From Auanema rhodensis (Eukaryota > Animalia > Nematoda): 64,000 bases of DNA. The number at the start of each line of letters is the position of its first letter. The first letter of the stretch is position 1. Of this stretch, positions 13,187-24,701 are shown piece by piece. A model generated the notes under the pieces. That model ran no database searches. It saw only the letters and a program-made list of their open reading frames with translations, and was not told the DNA's origin. Where the stretch lies: assembly GCA_964057225.1 (NCBI GenBank), contig OZ059894.1, forward strand, positions 6,200,001 to 6,264,000. Direction: 5' to 3'. The translations under genes were made by a program, and so were the position numbers.

Positions 13187-13994
13187 ATGTATGCTTCATC
13201 TACTTTTTTCCTTCTGGGCTTTTCAGTCTTAAATTCTTATTGTCAGAATGTAAGATTTTACTTAATTATTATTTATTTATTTATTTATTTATTTGTTATT
13301 ATTTATTTGTTATTATTTATTTTAGCTTACTTTTTCTGAACACATTAATAAAAATTGTGAACAATTAGAAATGATGGTGTCACTTCCTCAGAAAAATTCC
13401 GAGTATGATAATATTAGAATATATTTTAATTTTATTTTAGTTTGTAAATTTTTTTAAATTTTTGGTAAAAATATCATAATTTAAAGAAAAAATGATGGGG
13501 GCCACATTTCATTTAGACCACCTGATATATTTAAAATAAATTTATATTAAGTAACTTTTTATTTTGATAATATTCATAATATTCAGGGTCAATATAATAT
13601 TCCAGAGAACATTTGGTGGAATACTTGCAATTACAATAACTCGAAAAAATGTTTATCTAAATTTTAATTCTTAATATTATATTTATTCAAATTTTGAGGT
13701 AATGGCTTTTACAACATATGCTGGTGAAAGCACGCATGTTCCTTTCGGTACCTCTATAGATCCAAATAAACTGAATATAGTAATAACTTATGGTAATTCA
13801 CTGAACCATATATGGAAGGTATATATGATAACATATATTATATTTTTTTAAATTTAAATATATTTTAGATAGCAATCGGAAATTACAATTTGTCAATAAA
13901 GTTTGAACAGTTTTCAGAAGTGAAATCGGAGACTAGAATTTCTTTAATCAATTGTGCAATAGCTCAAGACATAAAAGAATGTGTCTGCAAATAA
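13187..13994 (+). CDS. Orphan small secreted beta-rich protein (149 aa, 5 exons), absent from the ORF track
   Basis: Exons 13187-13249, 13326-13402, 13587-13650, 13699-13818, 13869-13994 splice GT-AG into a 450-nt open frame in very AT-rich DNA. It starts with a signal-peptide-like MYASSTFFLLGFSVLNSYC and ends CAIAQDIKECVCK*. Confidence 0.75.
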
Positions 13995-15546
13995 TAATCG
14001 ATTTGGAAATATATTTCTAAATTTATTTATAAAAAATAATATGTTGTTTAGTTTCTTCAGAAGGTAGCAACAATTAGTCCAGATCAAAAAGTTAATTTAA
14101 AATTGAAAAGTTTACTGAAATTACCCAATTTATGCAGTTGAAACCAAGTTTCAAACAAGCGAACACCTTCATCTATTTGTTAAATTCGAAAAAAATTTAA
14201 AAAATATAACGAATATACTGAACATTTTGAATATTTTTGAACAAAAAGTATGCTAAAATGAAAAATATACGTTCATAATGATAAGAATAAAATTTAAGGA
14301 TACAGATTCACTGACAACAATAGATTCGGGAGATCAATGAAACACTTGAACGCCTAGAACATATTCGTAGAACATTCCTAATTGGAAACATTTTGATGTT
14401 GATGCACTAGAAAGAAACAATTAAATGATTCAGAAGTAGGCAAATGTTACATTTAATAGAAGAATATCAACGACGTACACAAAATCGGAATTGTCAAAAC
14501 ATAAATCAACTCATCTTATCTCTGTCTTAATCTTTTGCTCACACATTTCTTTATACTAGATATCATATAATATTAAAAATTTACATAATTAAGAAATATA
14601 TACGAGTTGTAAAATATGTCAAAAAATACAAAATAATTCCAATAAACTCTTAACGAACACGAATACTAATGTGTATAATCTTGTCTTAGCATACTGTGTG
14701 ATATTCAATAAGCTAATCAACTAAGCACTTGACGATAAATATGTATTTGATATCTCATCCTGTGTTTTAAGGTGAGGATCTTCGGGATTCAAAAGTCATG
14801 TAAACGGAACTAAATTTTTTTTCGTATTGCAAGCATAAAGATCTCAAAAATTTAATTAATTATATTAGTGAATATGTTCTTTGGATTTATAATTGGGGTT
14901 GGTTTTTACTAAATCATCCAGTTTCAAGACAGGAAATGTCGATGTAGCAAACCGCATACATTAGGTATGAACTACACCTTATCACGTAAGCTAATCATTG
15001 GTTAAATATGATTCAATGTTTAAAACAGTTTCCTTTTTTCAATAAATCTGCCAACCAAATGCTAATACTTCTGATACATTGATGTTTCATCTGTATAAAT
15101 CCACTGTTTCAAAAACAGGACGTATCGAGGTTTTAAAGGATGTAAACGAAATCAATATCTTTTTCTCCGATTGCAGACTAAAAGATCGAGAAACCGTCAT
15201 AGAAAGACAATTGTGAGAACGTACTTGGGGTTTGTACATTTGCGCACCTGTTTTCGGAAAGCATCCAGTTTCCTGATAATAGACTGATATAAAAGATTCA
15301 AAGGTTAGCATCAAGATATATCTTATATTATGCCGGGAGGAGCTTAGAGACAATGACAATGACGAGAACGAAATCAGAATTTACGAACATCCCAACTGTA
15401 TCTTCTTCTTCTTTTGGTCAATCGTTCTTTAAATCAATCAAAGTGAAAAATACGTACATTTCTTATTCAAATTCATACAATTCTTAATATTTTTGAATAA
15501 AACTATATAGTATATTGTTTTAAATAATTATATTTATATATTATAG

Positions 15547-18116
15547 ATGGACAAAAGAGTTGACTTGCAATGTCTACGAGGTATCGCTGTCGTTGAAGTT
15601 ATACTTTTCCATTTCTTGTCACCTATTTTTCCCAATGGATATATAGGAGTTGATGTGTATGTTATTACTTTCTTGGCTAATTTTACAACATTTAATTTTA
15701 GATTTTTCGTGCTTTCAGGATTTTTTATGTCACTTATACTCCATAGAGACAAATCAGATTTTCTATGTATTCTCAAGAATTTCTATTATTCTCGACTCAA
15801 ACGGATTTTTCCGGCTTATGCTATGTTCTTTTTCATAACATTATTACTTCTTTATATTATTTATCCTATTACCAACATTGACACTAGCATTGAAGCAGCA
15901 TTCCCTTCTCTGTATTTCTATTCAACGTTTCTTCAGGAAGAGGGAAAAAATAGAGGATATAAAGCATTAGTTAGCATACAGTTTAGTTCAAGTAATAGAT
16001 TTTTTTGATTTTAGGTACAACTCGGAGCCAATGTCTTTACACATACTTGGTGTTTGGCTGTCGAAATTCAGTTTTATCTTCTGATTCCTTTCTTCTACGC
16101 TGTTGGACGATACATGGGACAACGAAAGTCCTTCTGCCTTTTTCTTCTACTGAGTAAGATCTTTCGAAATTTTGCTAAATTCAATTATATTTTGAGGTAC
16201 TGCATCTTTCCTTTTCTATATATTTGCAAATAGAGAAACCGCTTTCAATAACGTATTCTGTCGAATTTGGCAATTTTTATGCGGTAAGCTCTAGCTGTGT
16301 TATAATTTATATCTTCTATTATACAGGATACCAGGCTTATAGCAAGCTCTTTTCGGAAAAACAAACAAAAGTTGGAGATGCTTGCACTTCAGTAAACGTT
16401 TCTATTACTGAAGACAACAAGAAAATCAACTCTAAAGGTTTATTCTATTATTTGTGAAATTGATATTCACACTTTATTCAGAAAATGATCAGAACATTGA
16501 TTGGCAAAAAATGATGATTCGAGTCGTATATCATTCTCTTTTTTTGATAATTGCATTCTCAGGCTTAACTCCTATTTTCACATTTTCTACTGACTTTTTG
16601 CGGTAAGATTCTGAGCAGAAACAGAAAAACATGTTGCTTTAGTGCCTTGATAACGGTTGCCGCTGCTTTTCTTCTTTACACAGGAGACAATATATCAACC
16701 TTCATTTCAAAGTTGAAACCTCTCGCTTATTTGGGTGATATATCTTATATCCTTTACTTAATTCATTATCCTGTGTATGTTTATCTCAATTTGAGGGATG
16801 AACCCATTGCTGGTTGTAAGTTTAACGAAATGTTCAATCAAAAACTGTCTTTATTCAGGGCGATACATGGGATTAATTATATCTTTAGTGTTGGCCATAA
16901 TTATTCATGAAACTTATGAAAAATTTTATTTGAAACTTCAAAAAGTGCACATTCTTAGCCTTGTGTTTGTGCTGTATGCAATGAGCACTCTTATCATCGT
17001 ATTCAATGGACAAGTATCAACTCTTTTTTTTGGATCAGAGATTGATTTCAGAAGTATCGACTCAAATGCATCAATACGTATTACATTTATCAGTTTTTTT
17101 AGCATTTTTTTTTAATTTTTTCAGAGCAAATAGTTCGATTGAATAACCAATTAAGTAGAGATGATGATAAGATGTTAACTTATCCACTGTGTGAATATGT
17201 AGATGGTAAAGCTCCGTTCGCAGAGTGCAACATTCAGGTTTGATGAATATGAATCGTTGATAATTATGTGAATATTATTTGAGGGTACGAAAACAAACGG
17301 AAGTAGTCTTATGATACTTGGTAACGCTTATGCTCCAAATAATCTTCGAGTAATCTATCCTGCTTGTAAAGATTATGTGAAGAATGTGACCATGCACTCA
17401 AACTCAGGTATATTCCCAGCTAAGATTTCAAATTCTTAGTACTCTTATTCAGTATGTGAAGTTATTTGGGATTCAACGAAAATTAGACATTCTTGTGCTG
17501 GTAACGTTAAGCAATATCTTCAACTGGTGAAAAAGGCCAAACCAGATTATTTATTCCTTATATCAAGGTTTAAATATTCTTTCAAGAATTATAATTATTT
17601 TTAATTTTATGTAGACACATCAGCTTGCTTCAATTTGGAAAACATGTGTCCAAGAAGACAGAAGATCAACGTACAGCCATCGTGAAAAGGAATATTCTAA
17701 ACTATGCTAAACATGTGAATAAAAAGGTTTACATACTTCAAGCCTTTTGGGATAGCCCCGCCTTGCTGACTAAGAAATTGAATGCGCGCTTGTTGAAGCA
17801 GAAGCAAACACACAATCTTTTCCCTGAGGTCAGTTTTTGTATTTATTTTAATATTATTTCTTGTATTTAGGGTTTCCGTCAAGATTCTAAACAAAACTAT
17901 AAAGCCACTCGTCGTATTATTGAAAGAGCTGTTGCAAAATGCTCCAAGTGCAAACTATTAGATTTGAAACCATTTTTCACAGATGAAAATCATAATTTCA
18001 ATTTCTATAATGAAGACAATGGTCTTGGTTACTTTGTTGATAATAAGCATATTTCATCTTATGGTCTTGAAATGATTAAACCATTATATGAAAATACATG
18101 TAAATCATTTAATTAA
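15547..18116 (+). CDS. O-acyltransferase (acyltransferase_3 + SGNH), oac family, paralog 2
   Basis: Motifs: MDKRVDLQCLRGIA, FPNGYIGVDVFFVLSGF, FYYSRLKRIFPAY, HTWCLAVEIQFY, LGDISYILYLIHYPV, LGNAYA, CSKC, VDNKHISSYG. Exon layout is similar to paralog 1; stop at 18114-18116. Confidence 0.9.
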
Positions 18117-18383
18117 TTATAATAATATATTTATTAATAATATTGTATATATTATATTAATTTATTTAAATTATATAAAACTTTTTTTTTATTTTTTTTT
18201 ATTTCAAATAATAATTAGAATATTATTATTTATTTTTTATTTAATTTCAAATAATAATTAGAATATTATTATTTATTTATTTTGAAATTTACGTGTAAAT
18301 TTCTTCACGTCATTGAACTATTTGACGTTCACGTAAATCTAAATTTATGAAAAATACAATAAAAATAAACAAAAGAATTATAA

Positions 18384-18433
<50 letters not shown>

Positions 18434-19545
18434 TTACTTAATTTGTATTTAATTATTTCTTAATATTCAATAATTAATAAACAAATTATGTTTTAATATT
18501 TTGAAAAAATAAATATATTATTAACTATTACAACATATTTTAATAATATTTTTTAAAAATCTAATTTAATTCAAAGTAACTGATTCGTAAAAAAAAATGA
18601 AACTCTGGGTAACAGCCGACAAAGATTAGATTGATTTTGAACTTGGCTGCAACTCATATTTCTCGTATTATTGATATTCGCTGATTTGTGATTGATTCTG
18701 ATAGTAATTTTTTGAAGTTGAATGAAATTTAAATATTTGAAGCTCAAAGTCATTGAATTATGTTCGGCAGTAATATCAATTTTTCTATTGCACTTGACTG
18801 AATTGATTAACGTCATCATCTGTAGAAGGGAATATTTTTTTTTTCAATTTTAATGACGCAAACTCATTTAAATATATTTGAAGTTGCGAAGCGAGAAGTG
18901 CTATTTTCCTCAAACACAGTTCCATCATACACCACTTTACCTTCTATGTATATCTGATCAGTAATATATTATAGTGAATGAAGAATACTAAAATCTAATT
19001 TATATGAAATTATTTTAAATAATTTATTTTAATTGGTATATTTCTTTATATTCATATACAAATTATATTTTATTTTGGTTACATATATTATATATTAAAA
19101 TCATAACTTAATTAAAGGTTCACATTCATCATGTATCAACCTAACAAAAATTTATTAAAATTCAACTTATAATATGACAAATTTTCAATTAAACTCTTAT
19201 ATACATATATTGATCAAACCATATCAGTCTTTGATTTTCTTCTAAATTTGAAATTTAAAAATGAAACTAGTTTGGTTATATTTTCTAAGATTATAGAAAT
19301 TCATTAATTCTGATTATAATGTATAATCTTTGATTGAACCATTTTCCCTAAGATATTCCCATCAAGTAAATGGATATAAAGATTAATCATTTTCAATTTT
19401 TATTTCAAAGATTGGGTTAGAACACTTAAAGCAGCTCTCTCTCTCTCTCTTTCTCTCTATTTTACATTCTGTGTTCTATCTTATATTAATTTTGTAATTA
19501 ATTTTTGCTTCTCAATATAGTGAAAGAAGCATCTTCTCTTTTTAT

Positions 19546-21225
19546 ATGCGATACGAGGAAATTGGAGCACTGGGGTATGCCGGAACGGTATGTTTTCATG
19601 TTTTGGCTGCAAAAACTTTGAAACATTGTTTTCCAGATCGGAATTATCACCATAATCCTTCATATTATTATAATTATTCAATACATAAGAGATAAATCTT
19701 TTCGAAATCAATTTAACTTTTTCTGTATATGTCGATCATTTGTTTATATTCTTAATATCACTACTACGGTTGCAAATATTTATGAAAATATTTTGTTGTA
19801 AGAAAATTTACATACATAAAGTATTTATATTAATTTTATATTTTATAGAGAAACAACGTATTCAAGAGGATTTTTTCATATTGGCTCCTTAACCAATAAT
19901 TTTATAATTTCAATGGATCTATTACTGGCTATTAATAGATTTATTGCTATTACTTTTTGGGATTACTACAGAAGAATTTTCAATAATGTTTCAACTCATG
20001 TCTGTTTCAAACAGTATAGAAATTCTTTTTTATATATAATTTAGGTCATACCAGCAGTATTATTTATTATTTTTATGTTAGAAAAAGGAATTGGGTATTT
20101 TCAATTCCGTAATATACAATTTTTTGAAAGTTGAATTCAACCGTTCTTACTTCAGACTGCTTCTTAAATTTTCAAGTTAGCGACTTTGCTGTTGTTTATG
20201 TAAAAGGAAATTGTGAAAAATTCTCTCTATCTATTAGACAAATATGCATATATATAATGATTGTATCATTTTGTTTAAATACAATAACATTTTTTATAAT
20301 TGCTCGACAATGGGTATGTAACTTTATTTTTATTACTTGATACATATACAACATTTCGCCCTCATTACCGAACAAAACGAAATTGAAGATACAAAGATCT
20401 TTTCTAGTTCTATATCTTAAATTTCTTTATCACTATAAGTGTAAAGAACAGAAGGACACTTTTCAAAAAATAAATCTTGACAAAACAGAACTCGAACATG
20501 ATGTCAGGACTAGACATCGGTTATCAATATGCTATGAAATATGTAATGTTAAATCAAAATTGAATGAACGAAACTGTCTGTTCTATAGACATGTACATCC
20601 TAGATTTACGTACTAGTTCGGATTACAATAGAATTTTGAGATTTAAAAGTAATTTTGCTTTGAAACTAACTACTAAAATATCCTGATATCATCAGAAAGA
20701 ATCATTTTTTGTTTTACAAAATGATTAGGTTTGATACCAGACTGATAATGATGATAAAAGTCTGATCATACCTGATCCAGAATATTTGAAGTTTCTCACC
20801 TAACAAGTAATTAAAGTATATTTTTTTATTTAATTTTATTTACATTTAGAATAATTTATAATATTTCAGTATAAACAAAAAGGAATTGATACTTTATTTA
20901 AACATAGAATGTATAAAAATATGATGATGTTCACTCATGCATATGTTCAAATTCTCATCGCACTTTTTATAACGTTTTTCTTGGTTAGTGTGATACCAAA
21001 GCCATCAAATATATTGCTGAAGTTTATCTTTTTTACATTTAGCTATGAAAATCGTGATTTTGTTGAAGGGTAATTTATTTGAGTTATTCAATCTTTTTTA
21101 TTTTATTTTTTACTTTCAGAATTTTTTTTTGTGTTTTAAGTAAAAAGTATATCAAAAATTTGTGGTTTCGACAACAAAGTTCAACTTTCTTTTTAACACG
21201 TCCTAGTCGATCACTGCTCACCTAG
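19546..21225 (+). CDS. 7TM serpentine chemoreceptor, srx-like (293 aa, 7 exons)
   Basis: Exons 19546-19587, 19637-19797, 19849-19999, 20045-20108, 20156-20313, 20870-21069, 21120-21225 form an intact frame with multiple hydrophobic segments. It carries the LAINRFIAITF..YYRRIF motif typical of Srx-type receptors. Confidence 0.8.
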
Positions 21226-22993
21226 ATCCTGTACTACATATTATAAATATTTCACATCTAAATATATGTGATAAATGACAAATTTAATTAGTAATATCTC
21301 ACGCAAGCTACATTTAAGTCTTAATGAAGCATGTATTACAAATTTTTGGTTGAATTTAGTTGATAGAAATATTGAATTATTTTCCTGAAAAAATAATATT
21401 AAACATTTTTTCAATATTAATTCTTTTTATTCTTTAATAGTTAAACGTATCTCACGAATATTTGTGATCAAGTTTTAAATTTTCAATTTCTATCTTGAAT
21501 GCGATAATGCTGGAGATTATTTTTTGTATTATCATTGACTTTCCATGCTGCAAGATACGAAGGGATATTATTCTCACTAATATTTAATTTCACTTTTCTT
21601 TTCTTGATCATCAATGTATTTGAATAAAAACATATTATCAATACAACAAACTAATTGATAAGTTGCAAACTGGTGCAGAAAATCATTTAGACAAACTATG
21701 AAACATCATACTTAGTATAACTAGTCTGAACAACTTGAGACGAATATGCACGTGAACTGTGCATGAAGTTGTTCAAACAATATAAGTAAGTAATAATCAA
21801 CCAGGTTACGGTTCATACCTTTATTGATGTGGGATAGTTCAAAAACAGTCGTTAAAAAAAACATGTTTTTGACAATTTGAAAAAGATGACGTCGATTGAA
21901 GTTTCTAGTACATGTAATCGAACAAGTATACTTATTTTACAAAATTATTAATATAAACATAGGGTCATCTATTCTTAGGTACAAAATGACGAATATTATA
22001 TATTATTATATTTATATATATAAATATAAATTCAAAATTGACAACTAATTTACTATCTATATGATCTCAAAATAATAATACTACATTCTAGTAATAACTT
22101 GTAAACAATACTGTATATTATAGATAGAAAGACATAAATTTCAGCATAGGATATTCAATTTTGAAGTTTAATCTTTGTTGTTGTTTTCAGAAAACAAAAT
22201 ATTTGGATTAGACATTACCTTATACTTCAAACCTGGACGTGTTAAGAGTTTTTTTTTTGCAAAAATATATAAAAGACTACTGTCCCCAAATAGAATTGAT
22301 AACAAAAATTAGAACATTACATAGATGGTCTGAGAATTTATGATCAATGTTTAAACTAATTATTTAATATTACAACATTTATAAAATAGACTTTTAGATT
22401 CTAGAACAAAAAAAATTAAATTAAGCTATTACAACTTTTTTTCAACTTAAAAATAGTATCTTTAGAATACTGAAAGGAACTTTTTTCATATATCTGTTTC
22501 TAAACATCAGCATCTTTTGAAAATTTGATGTAACATGAGTTATTGCAGTTCTTGAATACCTTATGTTGTATATTTTGAACTAATATGTTTGATTGTTTTA
22601 AAATTAAAACAATTTGAATTTTACTTCGAAATAAGAGACAAATTAATAAATTCAAAAAGTTTTATTCGATTACAGAAATATTTGAAAGCAAAAAATTGAA
22701 GATGCTCCTATCAATTCAATTCATAGCTCCAAAGTAATACCCGTTAGAAGCATCAGAATTGAAGATAAAACTAAGTAATTCTAATAAAATAATTAAAATT
22801 TATTCTTTCTGTTTTTCTTATTAAGATACGAAAGACTTACAATCACTCACTAGTTACTCGTAGTGTGGACTATTGGTGTACATCCAAGACTAATTCATTT
22901 ATTTTTAAAAAAACGCATAGACACGGTTGTATAGAATTCTCAAAGAAAACTCAAAGACACTTCTTCTATCATCTTGTCAATATTAATGGTTTA

Positions 22994-23320
22994 TTACATT
23001 TTAGAAAGATTTGAAGACTCCAAATCAATTAGTTCCAACGGCTTATTCGTGATGACGGAGCGTCCCACATTTGGGAAAAATGACCGTGTCATACTGTAGA
23101 TGCTAGGAATTCCCAACCAATTACAGTTTAAATTACAATCTTCTGAAGTGTTTACTATTTGCTTCAAAAACAAAAACAATTACTTGTTGAATCGGATCTT
23201 TAAAAAATTATCAAGCCTGGTACGACATTCAATTCCTTGTTTTTGTTTTAATTCAAAAGTCATCATTAAACATTTGGATACGGTAGAGTTGGAACATGGA
23301 GAAAAGGTTGATAGCGCCAT
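22994..23320 (-). CDS. Possible small uncharacterised gene (tentative)
   Basis: ATG at 23320, exon to 23184 (AA|gtaatt), acceptor ctacag ending at 23094, open frame to 22994. No recognisable motif. Confidence 0.25.
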
Positions 23321-23591
23321 ATAACAGAAGAAAATCAAAAATTGTTTTATTTTTTTTCTGTGTATAATTATTGTTTTTTCCAGAATTAGAAGTAAAGTAC
23401 AGTTGAATGAAAATAATATTTAATCATTATAGCTTTGATACGAAACAAAAGAAAAAATATACATTCAATTTACATACGAAAATGTATGACTCTATAATCA
23501 TGGAACATGATGCGAATACACGTACAAGTTGCTTACAGAGGCTGAGTTAGCCTACTGATGTTAAAGACACTATGCTAGAAAATGAAAGAAC

Positions 23592-24701
23592 TTATGCCAA
23601 ATTGCGTTGGGGAACAAGAGATTTCAAGTTAAGAGCGTAAAAGTCAGGGACCATGTCAAATCGTTCGTTTTCATGATTCTCCATTATGTCGGTTGTCTGA
23701 TGGCAACCAGACAGAACAAGCAATGTCTTCAAGCCATGATCACGTCCGAACTTGACATCGGTATTAGTACGATCACCAATCATCATGGTGCGAGCGGGGT
23801 CAATACTCCAACGTCTTTGAATGTATTCGAAGGAAGATCTATTGGGCTTTCCAGCTGTTGTTGGCTCACGTCCAGTTGCACATCGAACGGCAGCTACAAG
23901 TGGTCCAGCATCAGGAATGATGACAGATGGATCAGGTCCAGGACATGTTTCATCCTCGTTTGTGGCAACAAAGAGACAATCATTGTTGCGTAAATAGTTG
24001 GAGGCCTTCATGAGCTTGTGGTAATTGAAATGTTTTTCATATCCCACAACAACTGCTCCGACATTTTCTGGTGACTCTTCAAGTTTGATGTCAAACATGA
24101 AAGCGCTACCATCAGAGGTATCATGTGGTTCAGGTCCGTGTCCAAAGTATTCGATACCTTAAATATTAAAATAATAACTATATTCAATCCTATATGTCTT
24201 ACCGAACTCATCCATTTCGTCACGCATTCCTTGGGAACCGATCATGTACACCTTCTTATTTCCTGCCAATCCTGATCGATATAACATATCAGCAACAACA
24301 GCTGAAGGATTGACAATGCTGTCCTTGGTTAGTTTGGAATTATATCCTAGTTTAGCGAGCTTTTTAGCATATACAGCTCGTGATTTAGTAGCATTATTGG
24401 TTAGAACAATAACTCTTTTATTGTGTCGGAGCAAATAGTCGATGAGTTTTGGTGATCCATTAATAACTGAATCTCCCAACCAAAGAACTCCTGGAATAAT
24501 CAATAATTTAATCTTAAGTCAGTTTTTTTCTGTCTTACCATCAGCGTCAAAGATGAAAGTGTCAATATCTCTGATAATTTCCTCAAAGTTGTTACTGTTA
24601 GCAAATAGGGATGGGCACTTATCAGAAAAGTTCTTGATATTAAGCTTGCTGGCTGAATCAAGAAGATTGTTGGGACACTGGGTAGGCTGAACGAATTTCA
24701 T
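23592..24701 (-). CDS. pgph: HAD-IIA phosphoglycolate / glycerol-3-phosphate phosphatase (PGPH family)
   Basis: Motifs: DTFIFDADGVLW (motif I), LTNNATKSRA, AVVVGYEKHFNYHKLMKASNYL, GKP, MMIGDRTNTDVKFG. The ATG is directly preceded by TTTTCAG (probable trans-splice site). Confidence 0.93.

Noticed and set aside
18571-18819. 82-aa minus-strand ORF behind a good acceptor
   Set aside because: The candidate upstream exon is closed in all frames and the peptide has no recognisable motif.
23607-24690. Plus-strand ORFs overlapping pgph
   Set aside because: Antisense shadows of the real coding sequence.
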